Assembly: GCF_000014785.1 (NCBI RefSeq)
Contig: NC_008340.1
Span: 3,243,945 to 3,275,944, forward strand
From: Alkalilimnicola ehrlichii MLHE-1
GTDB lineage: Bacteria; Pseudomonadota; Gammaproteobacteria; Nitrococcales; Halorhodospiraceae
Direction of reading: 5' to 3'
Length of the DNA: 32,000 bases
Below, piece by piece: positions 8,797-18,440 of the stretch. Both the position numbers and the translations under genes were made by a program. The first letter of the stretch is position 1. The number at the start of each line of letters is the position of its first letter. The notes beneath the pieces were generated by a model. The model was not told the origin of the DNA. It searched no databases and saw only the letters and a list, made by a program, of their open reading frames with translations.

Positions 8797-10974
8797 TCAG
8801 CCCACCAGCCTGAGGTTGGCGTAGGCAGCCACCAGCCACTTGGCCCCCGCCCGCGCGAACTGCACCTGGATCCGCGCCGAGGGCCCCTGCCCCTCGAGCC
8901 GCAACACCACCCCCTCGCCGAAACGGTCGTGGCGGACCCGGCTGCCGAGGGTGATCCCATCCACCGGCTCCGACTGCATGGCCGCGGCGGTGGCGCCGGG
9001 ACGGGTCACCTTCATCCGCGCCCGCACCTCCTCGATATAATCGGCCGGGATCTCCTGGATAAAGCGGGACGGCATGCCGTAGTTGTCCATCCCGTGCAGC
9101 CGCCGCTTTTCGGCGTAGGCCAGGTACAGGCGCTCGCGGGCACGGGTGATCCCCACGTAGGCGAGCCGTCGCTCCTCCTCCATGCGCCCGGGCTCCTCGG
9201 TGGACATCCGGTGCGGGAACAGCCCCTCTTCCAGCCCGACCAGAAAGACCACCGGGAACTCCAGGCCCTTGGCCGAGTGCAGGGTCATCAACTGCACGCA
9301 GGGCTGCCCCTCCTCCCCCTGGGCCTCGCCCGCCTCCAGCGCCGCGTGGGTGAGAAAGGCGGTGAGGGGGGTCAGCCCCTCGTCGCGCTCGTATTGTTGC
9401 TCGAAGTTGCGCGCCGCGGTCACCAGTTCGTCCAGGTTCTCCCGCCGGGCCTCGCCGCGGTCACTGCCGTCCGCCTCGGCGTCCCTGCGCAGCCCGCTGG
9501 CAACAATCACCCGATCCATCTGCTCGTGCAACGGCAGAGTCGCCGTCTCCTCCTCCAGCCGGTCCAGCAGCTGCAGGAAGCCCTGCACCGCATTGCCGGC
9601 GCGGGCACTGATGCCACCGGCCCGGATGATCCGGACGGCCGATTCCCACAGGCTCGCGTCGGCCGCCCGGGCCCCCTCGCGGATCTGATCCAGCGTGCGG
9701 TTGCCAATGCCCCGCCGGGGGGTATTGATCACCCGCTCGAAGGCGGCGTCATCGTGGCGGTTCATCAGCAGGCGCAGATAGGCCAGGGCATCGCGAATCT
9801 CGGCCCGGTCGAAGAAGCGCTGGCCGCCGTACACCCGGTAGGGCAGGCCGCGGGCCAGGAGGCTCTCCTCGAAGGCGCGGGACTGGGCGTTGGAGCGGTA
9901 GAGGATGGCGAAATCGTCACGGGCATAGCCCTCATCGAGCAGGGCGGCGATGCGGTCGACCACGTAACGGGCCTCGTCGGTCTCGTTGAAGGCGGCGTAA
10001 AGCTGGATCGGGTCACCCCGGCTGCCCTCGGTCCATAGGTTCTTGCCCATGCGCCCGCCGTTATGGCTGATCAGCGCGTTGGCGGCGTTGAGGATGGTCT
10101 CCGTGGAGCGGTAGTTCTGCTCCAGCCGGGTGATGCTCACCTCGCCGAACTCGCGGGCGTAGCGGTGGATGTTTTCCACCCGGGCCCCGCGCCAACCGTA
10201 GATGGACTGATCGTCATCGCCGACCACGAAGACATCGCTGTCCTCCCCGGCCAACTGCTGCAGCCAACGGTACTGCAACTGGTTGGTGTCCTGGAACTCG
10301 TCCACCAGCAGATGGCGGAAGCGGGCGCGGTAGTGGGCCAGCAGGTCGGGCCGGTCGCGGAGCAGCTCGAAGCTGCGCAACAGCAGCTCCGCGAAGTCCA
10401 CCAGGCCGGAGCGACGGCAGGTCTGCTCGTAGGTCTGGTAGACCTGCCAGACGGCAAAGCGGAACGGTTCCCCGGCGTCCGCCTGGATGTCGGCGGGCCG
10501 CAGCCCCTCCTCCTTCCAGCCATTGAGCACGCCGCGCACCTGCCGGGGCGGATAGCGCTTCTCGTCGAGCTCCATGCCGCGCATCACCCGCTTGATCAGC
10601 CGGAGCTGGTCGTCGCTGTCGAGGATCTGGAAGGTCTCCGGTAGCCCGGCATCCGCTGCGTGCATGCGCAGCAGCCGGTGCGACAGGCCGTGGAAGGTGC
10701 CCACCCACATGCCGGCGGTGCGGATGCCGAGCAGCTCACCGATGCGGTGGCGCATCTCGGCGGCGGCCTTGTTGGTGAAGGTCACCGCCATGATGCCGAA
10801 GGGGGAGGCGCCCTCCACCCGCACCAGCCACGCCGCCCGGCGGGTGAGCACCCGGGTCTTGCCGCTGCCCGCACCGGCCAGCACCAGGGAACGGCCGAGC
10901 GCGGCGCAGACCGCCTCGCGCTGGGCGTCGTTGAGATCGGCTATCAGGTCGGAGACGTCGGCTTCGGCTTCCAT
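8797..10974 (-). CDS. uvrD: DNA helicase II (UvrD)
   Basis: The track ORF (813 aa) extends upstream into the repeat. The true start is the ATG at rc 10972..10974 (MEAEADVSDLIADLNDAQREAV). It has Walker A GAGSGKTRVL, the DEFQDTN motif, and a C-terminus ...AKWLVAAYANLRLVG that resembles the E. coli UvrD end (KWLVAAYARLESV). Confidence 0.9.
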   Translation of the reverse strand: MEAEADVSDLIADLNDAQREAVCAALGRSLVLAGAGSGKTRVLTRRAAWLVRVEGASPFGIMAVTFTNKAAAEMRHRIGELLGIRTAGMWVGTFHGLSHRLLRMHAADAGLPETFQILDSDDQLRLIKRVMRGMELDEKRYPPRQVRGVLNGWKEEGLRPADIQADAGEPFRFAVWQVYQTYEQTCRRSGLVDFAELLLRSFELLRDRPDLLAHYRARFRHLLVDEFQDTNQLQYRWLQQLAGEDSDVFVVGDDDQSIYGWRGARVENIHRYAREFGEVSITRLEQNYRSTETILNAANALISHNGGRMGKNLWTEGSRGDPIQLYAAFNETDEARYVVDRIAALLDEGYARDDFAILYRSNAQSRAFEESLLARGLPYRVYGGQRFFDRAEIRDALAYLRLLMNRHDDAAFERVINTPRRGIGNRTLDQIREGARAADASLWESAVRIIRAGGISARAGNAVQGFLQLLDRLEEETATLPLHEQMDRVIVASGLRRDAEADGSDRGEARRENLDELVTAARNFEQQYERDEGLTPLTAFLTHAALEAGEAQGEEGQPCVQLMTLHSAKGLEFPVVFLVGLEEGLFPHRMSTEEPGRMEEERRLAYVGITRARERLYLAYAEKRRLHGMDNYGMPSRFIQEIPADYIEEVRARMKVTRPGATAAAMQSEPVDGITLGSRVRHDRFGEGVVLRLEGQGPSARIQVQFARAGAKWLVAAYANLRLVG

Positions 10975-11015
10975 GGTTTCGGTCCGGTACAGAGGGTATA
11001 GAGTCGGCGGATGGG

Positions 11016-11232
11016 GGCGTTGCGGTGGGTCGGTGCCGGGGGGCGTGGTCCCGTCGGGCCTCCGATGGCGCACCCCTTCGGGGTGCCCTGCGCTACTCGG
11101 GAAAAATCGGCGCGCGTGAACTCGCTTCGCTCGAACAAGCACGCGCTTCATCCGATTTTTCCCTGCGTTGCTCGGTGCGCCAAAGTCGGCCCGACGGGAC
11201 CACGCCCCCCGGCACCGACCCACCGCAACGCC
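11016..11232. repeat. full-length nested-palindrome intergenic element (copy A): 44-bp perfect inverted repeat around a 129-bp structured core
   Basis: 11016..11059 GGCGTTGCGGTGGGTCGGTGCCGGGGGGCGTGGTCCCGTCGGGC is the exact reverse complement of 11189..11232. The core 11060..11188 matches 28090..28218 at 123/129 positions. Confidence 0.9.
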
Positions 11233-11255
11233 GCTCACGGGCGATCAGGGGCCTG

Positions 11256-12197
11256 CTAACCGGCGGCCGCAGGCTCGATGGGGCGGGCCTGCTCCTGCAC
11301 CACCCGGAGGTCACGGATGGCCGCCGCCACTGCCTCCAGGGTGCTGGCGCGGGCGGCCCCCTTGCGCCAGTAAAGCCCGATGGTACGGGTAGGGACCGGC
11401 GGGGAAAAGGGCAGCAGCTTGACCGCCGACTGGTTGGGGATCTCGCAACCGGCCTGTCCGGCCAGACGCGGGAGCAGGGTCATTCCCACGCCGGCCGCCA
11501 CCATCTGGCGCAGGGTCTCCAGGCTGGTGGCCCGGAAACAGCTGGTGCCGCCGGCATCGCCGGCCAACTGGCAGACCTCCAACGCCTGATCGCGCAGGCA
11601 GTGCCCCTCCTCCAGCAGCAGCAGCTCATCCTCCGGCAGGGCCTCCGGACGCGGTGCACGCTTCGCCTCGGCCAGGGCATGATCGGCAGGCAGGGCCAGC
11701 ACGAAGGGCTCTTCGAAGACCGCCACCGAGGCCAGGTCATCGCCCGCCACCGGCATGGCCATCAGCGCCCCGTCCAGCTCCCCCTTGCGCAGCCGCTCCA
11801 CCAGCAGGGCGGTGCGCTCCTCGTAGAGCAGCATGCGCAAGCGCGGCCAGGCCTCAGTGGCGGTGGCCACCAAGTGGGGCAACAGATAGGGGGCGAGGGT
11901 GGGGATGGCCCCGAGGCGCAGCTCCCCGGTCATGGGCTCGGCGGCCGCCCGACAGAGTTCGACGATGTCGTCCACTTGGTTGAGGACCGCCCGGGCCCGT
12001 GCCACCACCTCCTCGCCGGTGGGGGTGAGCAGGACCTGGCGGGTACCGCGCTCCACCAATTGCACCCCCAGGTACTCCTCCAGCTTCTTGACCTGGGCGC
12101 TGAGGGTGGGCTGGCTGACAAAACAGGCCTTGGCGGCGCGGCCAAAGTGGCGCTGGTCGCCCACGGCGACCAGATAACGCAAGTCCCTGAGGTTCAA
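11256..12197 (-). CDS. oxyR: LysR-family hydrogen-peroxide sensor/regulator OxyR
   Basis: It is colinear with E. coli OxyR from residue 1 (MNLRDLRYLVAVGDQRHFGRAAKACFVSQPTLS against [33 protein letters not shown]). The redox cysteines sit in LEEGHCLRDQALEVC, followed by FRATSLETLRQMVAAG. The start codon is TTG (rc of 12195..12197), 2 nt after the glmS stop. Confidence 0.85.
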   Translation of the reverse strand: MNLRDLRYLVAVGDQRHFGRAAKACFVSQPTLSAQVKKLEEYLGVQLVERGTRQVLLTPTGEEVVARARAVLNQVDDIVELCRAAAEPMTGELRLGAIPTLAPYLLPHLVATATEAWPRLRMLLYEERTALLVERLRKGELDGALMAMPVAGDDLASVAVFEEPFVLALPADHALAEAKRAPRPEALPEDELLLLEEGHCLRDQALEVCQLAGDAGGTSCFRATSLETLRQMVAAGVGMTLLPRLAGQAGCEIPNQSAVKLLPFSPPVPTRTIGLYWRKGAARASTLEAVAAAIRDLRVVQEQARPIEPAAAG

Positions 12198-12199
12198 TG

Positions 12200-14032
12200 C
12201 TATTCCACCGTAACCGATTTGGCGAGGTTACGGGGTTGATCGACATCAGTGCCCCGCAACACCGCCACATGATACGCCAGGAGCTGAAGGGGGACGGTAA
12301 AGACCACCGGCGCGATCAGCGGATGGCAGTGGGGCACCGCCAGGACGCGGGTGTCGTCGTCCTCCGCGTAGCGCACGTCGCTGTCGGCAAACACCATCAA
12401 GGTCCCGCCGCGGGCGCGTACCTCCTGCAGATTGGACTTCAGTTTCTCCACCAGGTCGTCGCGGGGGGCGATGGCCACCACCGGCATCTCGGCGTCCACC
12501 AGGGCCAGCGGGCCATGCTTCAGCTCCCCCGCCGGGTAGGCCTCGGCGTGGATGTAGGAGATCTCCTTGAGCTTGAGCGCACCCTCGAGCGCCACCGGGT
12601 AGTGTAGCCCCCGCCCCAGAAACAGCGCGTGCTGGCGCTCTACCAACAGCTCGGCCAGGCGGGCAACGGGGCCGTCCAGCTCCAGGGCCTGCTCCAGGGC
12701 ACTGGGGAGGCTGCGCAGGGCGTTGACCATATCGGCAGCATCGTCGGCGTTCAGTTGTTGATGGCGACCGAGGGCGATCACCAGCAGGAGCAGGGCCACC
12801 AACTGGGTGGTAAAGGCCTTGGTGGACGCCACCCCGATCTCCGGGCCGGCGCGGGTCATCAGCACCAGGTCGGACTCCCGGACCAGCGAGCTCTCCGGCA
12901 CGTTACAGATGGCCATGGTCGCCAGGTAGCCAAGGGTGCGCGCCTCGCGCAGGGCGGCCAGGGTATCGGCGGTCTCCCCCGACTGGGAGATGGCGACGAA
13001 GAGTGTCCCCGGCGCCACCACATGGCGGCGGTAGCGGTACTCACTGGCCACCTCCACGTCACAGGGCAGTCCGGCGTGCTCCTCGAACCAGTAACGGGCC
13101 ACCAGCCCCGCATGGTAGCTGGTGCCGCAGGCGATAATCTGAACCCGCTGCACCTGCGGGAAGAGCGTCGCGGCCCGCGGGCCAAAGCTGGCCTCCAACA
13201 CCTCATGGTCGGCCAACCGCCCTTCCAGGGTTTCCGCCACCACCGCCGGCTGCTGGTGGATCTCTTTCAACATGAAGTGGCGGTAACCCCCGCGCTCGGC
13301 GGCATCGGCGCTGAGTTCCGATTGCCGCACCGGGCGGTCCACCACACGGCGGTGCTCATCGTAGATGACGAGGCTGTCGCGGCGCAGGTCGGCGACATCG
13401 CCCTCTTCCAGGAAGATGAACTGGCGCGTTACCGGCAGCAGGGCCTGGACATCGGAGGCGATGAAGTGCTCGCCGATCCCGATCCCGATCACCAGCGGGC
13501 TACCGCGACGCGCCGCGACCAGACGGCCGGGTTCGTCCCGGCAGATCACGCCCAGGGCGTAGGCGCCATCGAGCAGCGAAAGGGTGTCGAACACCGCTGC
13601 CAGGAGATCGCCCCGGGCGCCGATCTGCTGGTCGATCTGCTTCACCACCACCTCGGTATCGGTCTCCGATTCGAACCGGTGGCCGGCCTGTTCCAGCGCC
13701 TGACGCAAGGGCTCGTGGTTCTCGATAATGCCGTTATGCACCAGGGCTAGGCGCTCGCCGGACATGTGGGGGTGGGCATTGCGATCCGACGGCGCGCCGT
13801 GGGTGGCCCAACGGGTGTGGGCCAGCCCGGTGGGACCGGCCAGCGGGCGCTCGGCCAGCCGTTCGGCGAGGCTCGCCACCTTGCCCAGGGCCCGCTCCCG
13901 CTCGATATAGCCCTCCCGGTCCTGGACCGCCAGGCCGGCGGAGTCGTAGCCCCGGTACTCCAGGCGTCTCAGCCCCTCCAGCAGGATGGGGGCCACATCA
14001 CGTTGGGCGACAGCGCCGACAATGCCACACAT
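12200..14032 (-). CDS. glmS: glutamine--fructose-6-phosphate aminotransferase
   Basis: It has an N-terminal MCGIVGAV (catalytic Cys2), two SIS domains and a C-terminal ...NLAKSVTVE, for 610 aa. A GGAGA Shine-Dalgarno lies upstream. Confidence 0.95.
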   Translation of the reverse strand: MCGIVGAVAQRDVAPILLEGLRRLEYRGYDSAGLAVQDREGYIERERALGKVASLAERLAERPLAGPTGLAHTRWATHGAPSDRNAHPHMSGERLALVHNGIIENHEPLRQALEQAGHRFESETDTEVVVKQIDQQIGARGDLLAAVFDTLSLLDGAYALGVICRDEPGRLVAARRGSPLVIGIGIGEHFIASDVQALLPVTRQFIFLEEGDVADLRRDSLVIYDEHRRVVDRPVRQSELSADAAERGGYRHFMLKEIHQQPAVVAETLEGRLADHEVLEASFGPRAATLFPQVQRVQIIACGTSYHAGLVARYWFEEHAGLPCDVEVASEYRYRRHVVAPGTLFVAISQSGETADTLAALREARTLGYLATMAICNVPESSLVRESDLVLMTRAGPEIGVASTKAFTTQLVALLLLVIALGRHQQLNADDAADMVNALRSLPSALEQALELDGPVARLAELLVERQHALFLGRGLHYPVALEGALKLKEISYIHAEAYPAGELKHGPLALVDAEMPVVAIAPRDDLVEKLKSNLQEVRARGGTLMVFADSDVRYAEDDDTRVLAVPHCHPLIAPVVFTVPLQLLAYHVAVLRGTDVDQPRNLAKSVTVE

Positions 14033-14085
14033 GGTGATCTCCGGTACGGACAGCTAACAGGGCGTTCACAACGGGGCGGGGCCGT

Positions 14086-14121
14086 GGAACCGGCGCCCGG
14101 AGCGCTCCGGGCGCCGGTTCC
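14086..14121 (-). terminator. perfect 16-bp GC-rich hairpin between usp and glmS (possible usp terminator or glmS leader structure; no U-tract)
   Basis: GGAACCGGCGCCCGGA (14086..14101), GCGC loop, then TCCGGGCGCCGGTTCC (14106..14121); the arms are exact complements. It lies 26 nt downstream of the usp stop codon (14147..14149) and 54 nt upstream of the glmS ATG. No T-run follows it on the minus strand. Confidence 0.35.
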
Positions 14122-14146
14122 GGGCGGACCGGGACAGGGCCCGGGC

Positions 14147-14977
14147 TCAGCGCGTCCAGAGCGGTGCGTTGCCCGGAACCACCAGCACGGAACTGGCGAC
14201 GTTACGGCAAATCTCCTGGGCCGTATCACCCAGCATGAGCTCTTTGTGGGGGGCGTTGCCGCGCTTGCCGATCACCACCAGGCTGGCATGCTCCTCGCGG
14301 GCAACGCGGCTGATGACCCGGGCGGGGTCACCCTCTTCGGTCCGCACCGCCACGTCCGCGCCCTTGGCCCGAGCCTGGTCGGCCAACGACCGGAGACGAT
14401 CGGCGGCGTCCGCCGGCGCCTCCTCCTCGCTGACCTGAAGCAGGGTGAGCTTGCGGTTGCCGGGACCACCGGCCAGCTCCAGGGCGTGGGTCTCCGCCCC
14501 TTCGGCGCGCTTGGAGCCGTCGGTGGCCAACAGGATATGGGAGAACAGGTCGCTGATCGGGGTGTCGTCCTTTGGATCCAGGCGCTCGATAAGCGTCGGG
14601 ATGGAGGTGCGGCGGACCAGCTCCAGCACCGTGCTGCCGTGGAAGAACTCGCGCCACAGGCCCTCGCCGCGGGAGGCCAGCAGGATCAGGTTGGCCTTGG
14701 CCCCCATGGCCACCTTGACCAGCTCCTGAGCCGGGTGACCCACCGGCGACTCGATATGGACCCGGAAGCCTTCCTTCTCCAGGTCCTCCTGCTTTTGTTT
14801 CAGCCGGCGCCGGGCCTCGGCCTTGTGCTCGTCGCTGAGCTCCTTGGGCTCATCCACCCGCAGGACGTCCACCAGGGTGAACTCCTTGGCGCCCATTTCC
14901 CGCAGCTCGGAGAGGCTGTCGAGCAGGGGCTTATAGGAGGACGAAAAATGAACGGCGACGACGGTATGCTCAAACAT
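14147..14977 (-). CDS. universal stress protein with tandem UspA domains
   Basis: The 276-aa product contains two Usp-like halves. The second half has VVIGKRGNAPHKELMLGDTAQ...VLVVP (a G-x2-G-x9-G-[ST]-like nucleotide-binding motif). A GAAGGAGAG Shine-Dalgarno lies upstream of the ATG. Confidence 0.8.
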   Translation of the reverse strand: MFEHTVVAVHFSSSYKPLLDSLSELREMGAKEFTLVDVLRVDEPKELSDEHKAEARRRLKQKQEDLEKEGFRVHIESPVGHPAQELVKVAMGAKANLILLASRGEGLWREFFHGSTVLELVRRTSIPTLIERLDPKDDTPISDLFSHILLATDGSKRAEGAETHALELAGGPGNRKLTLLQVSEEEAPADAADRLRSLADQARAKGADVAVRTEEGDPARVISRVAREEHASLVVIGKRGNAPHKELMLGDTAQEICRNVASSVLVVPGNAPLWTR

Positions 14978-15052
14978 GCGGACTCTCCTTCAAGGCTGTC
15001 ACGGTGTTGCCACCGGCTCTGTCATTATCTTTGACGGTGGTCACGGCGGGCG

Positions 15053-16444
15053 TCAAGCGTCACTCCCCTCGCCCCGGTCGGGGCGCTGTCCGGGGCGGCG
15101 CCAGCCGTGGATACTCCGCTGAGCGCTACGGGCCACGGTCAGGGCCTCGTCCGGCGCATCCCGGGTGACCGTCGAGCCGGCCCCGATGGTGGCGCCCCGC
15201 CCGACCCGCACCGGCGCGACCAGCTGGGTGCCCGACCCGATAAAGGCGCCATCGCCGATCTCTGTGCGGTGCTTGCTATGACCGTCGTAGTTGCAGGTAA
15301 TGGTGCCCGCACCCACGTTCACGTCCCGACCCAGCTCCGCGTCGCCCATATAGCTCAGGTGGTTCACCTTGCTGCCTGGCCCGATTCGCGCGGCCTTGGT
15401 CTCGACAAAGTTGCCCACCTTGGCGCCATCGGCCAGGTCCGTCCCGGGACGCAGGCGAGCAAAGGGCCCGATCCGGCAGTTTCGGCCTGCCGTGGCGCCG
15501 TCCAGTACGGAGTGGGCCTCGACGCGGGTGCCGTCACCCAGGGCGACGTCTCTCAGGACGCAATGGGGTCCGATCTCAACCCCGGCCCCCAGTTCGACCC
15601 GACCTTCGAGAACGACCCCAACGTCGATCCGGCAGTCCTCGCCGGCGGCGAAATGACCCCGCAGGTCGAATCGGTCTGGGTCCAGTATAGTCACGCCGGC
15701 ACGCATCCAGTCTTCGGCCTGCCGCCGTTGCCAGACCCGCTCCGCGGCCGCGAGCTGGACGCGGTCGTTGACTCCCTGCACCTCCGCCGGATCCGCCACC
15801 GGGTAAGCGGCCACCCTGACCCCGTCGGCCACCGCCATGGCGATTACGTCGGTCAGGTAGTACTCCGCCTGGGCGTTGTCATTGTCCAGCCGCTGCAGCC
15901 AGGCCTTCAATCGGCCGGCCGGGGCAGCCAGCAGGCCAGTGTTGCATTCCGTGACCCGGCGCTGGGCGGCGGTAGCGTCCTTGTGCTCCACCACGCCGGT
16001 GACCGCGCCGTGGCCGTCGCGCAGCACGCGGCCGTAACCGGTTGGATCCGGGAAATCCACGCTGAGCAGCCCGAGACCACCGTCGGCCTCGGCGAGCAGC
16101 GCCTGCAGGGTCTCGGGCCGAACCAGCGGCACATCCCCGTAAAGCACCAGGACCTGATGGTCGTCTGGAATCGCCGGGATCGCCTGCTCGACGGCATGAC
16201 CGGTCCCCAACTGCGGCTCCTGCACCACCCAGCGCACGGGCCAGTCGGCGTGGGCGGCCTGTACCGCCTCGGCACCGTGCCCATGCACCACGTGCACGGC
16301 TTCGGGCTCCAGGGAGAAGGCGGTACGCAGGACATGGTCGAGCATGGGTCGCCCCCCCACCGGGTGGAGGAGCTTGGGGTAACGGGAGCGCATGCGGGTA
16401 CCCTTACCCGCAGCCAATACGACAATACTCAGGGCCTGTTCCAT
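15053..16444 (-). CDS. glmU: bifunctional UDP-N-acetylglucosamine pyrophosphorylase / glucosamine-1-phosphate N-acetyltransferase
   Basis: The track ORF starts at a TTG (16453), and I prefer the ATG at rc 16442..16444 (MEQALSIVVLAAGKGTRM). The N-terminal nucleotidyltransferase motif LAAGKGTRM is followed by a C-terminal left-handed beta-helix with hexapeptide repeats. Confidence 0.92.
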   Translation of the reverse strand: MEQALSIVVLAAGKGTRMRSRYPKLLHPVGGRPMLDHVLRTAFSLEPEAVHVVHGHGAEAVQAAHADWPVRWVVQEPQLGTGHAVEQAIPAIPDDHQVLVLYGDVPLVRPETLQALLAEADGGLGLLSVDFPDPTGYGRVLRDGHGAVTGVVEHKDATAAQRRVTECNTGLLAAPAGRLKAWLQRLDNDNAQAEYYLTDVIAMAVADGVRVAAYPVADPAEVQGVNDRVQLAAAERVWQRRQAEDWMRAGVTILDPDRFDLRGHFAAGEDCRIDVGVVLEGRVELGAGVEIGPHCVLRDVALGDGTRVEAHSVLDGATAGRNCRIGPFARLRPGTDLADGAKVGNFVETKAARIGPGSKVNHLSYMGDAELGRDVNVGAGTITCNYDGHSKHRTEIGDGAFIGSGTQLVAPVRVGRGATIGAGSTVTRDAPDEALTVARSAQRSIHGWRRPGQRPDRGEGSDA

Positions 16445-16465
16445 GGTTCTCAACGTTCGGGCCTC

Positions 16466-16498
16466 GGATACAGAAAGCCCCGGCGACAGGCCGGGGCT
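16466..16498 (-). terminator. rho-independent terminator after atpC (end of the atp operon)
   Basis: The minus strand reads AGCCCCGGC-CTGTC-GCCGGGGCT (a perfect 9-bp stem, plus-strand coordinates 16476..16498), followed by TTCTGTATCC. It starts 26 nt after the atpC stop. Confidence 0.6.
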
Positions 16499-16523
16499 CG
16501 GTTAGCGCGAGGCGGGCAATCCC

Positions 16524-16946
16524 TTACCGCTTGGCGCGACGACGCAGCCGCTCCAGGGTCTGGAGCTGCGCCATGGCCTCAGCCAGCTCCGCCTGGACAT
16601 GGCTGTAGTCCTCGCCCGCCTTGCGGTTGGCCAGGGCCTCTTCCGCCCGCCGCTTGGCCTCCTGGGCCGCGGCCTCGTCCAGGTCGCGGGCCCGGGCCGC
16701 GGTGTCGGCCAACACCGTGACCTTGTGCGGCTGGACCTCGATGATGCCGCCGGAGACGTAGAAGAAGCGCTCTTCGCCGTTCTCGTCCTGGACCCGCACC
16801 TCGCCCGGCCGCAGCTTGGTCAGCAGCGGGGCGTGGCGGGGGGTGATGCCGATATCACCCTCCCGTGCGGGCGCCACCAGCATCTTGGCCTCGCCGGAGT
16901 GGATCGCCTGCTCCGCGCTGACGATGTCCACGTGCAATGTACTCAT
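16524..16946 (-). CDS. atpC: F1 ATP synthase epsilon subunit
   Basis: The 140-aa product starts MSTLHVDIVSAEQAIHSGEAKMLVAP... and is the last gene of the atp cluster. Confidence 0.9.
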   Translation of the reverse strand: MSTLHVDIVSAEQAIHSGEAKMLVAPAREGDIGITPRHAPLLTKLRPGEVRVQDENGEERFFYVSGGIIEVQPHKVTVLADTAARARDLDEAAAQEAKRRAEEALANRKAGEDYSHVQAELAEAMAQLQTLERLRRRAKR

Positions 16947-16973
16947 GGGCGGTACCCCGCTAACGCCGGTGGA

Positions 16974-18374
<1,401 letters not shown>

Positions 18375-18440
18375 TCACCAGCGACTGCGCGTTGGCAACC
18401 CTGGGTCTGTATTGCTAAGAAACCTGTTTACACCTGGTGG

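Noticed and set aside
11025-12239. ORFs on both strands sharing the peptide ...GAPLRGALRYSGKIGARELASLEQARA..DFSLRCSVRQSRP... (also 27683..28255, 27984..28505 and the 8797..11238 extension), which could be mistaken for a conserved small protein family.
   Set aside because: The shared peptide is simply the translation of the repeated 129-bp core. It reads open in several frames on both strands because it is a GC-rich palindrome. There is no Shine-Dalgarno or start context, and the ORFs continue into antisense of oxyR or mnmE.
16925-16940. A parS-like sequence ATGTCCACGTGCAATG near parAB/atp, and a second CCACGTGCAC at about 16266.
   Set aside because: Only the central CACGTG matches the TGTTNCACGTGAAACA consensus, and the flanking half-sites do not. 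Both hits lie inside coding sequence (atpC, glmU). I found no convincing parS in this window.
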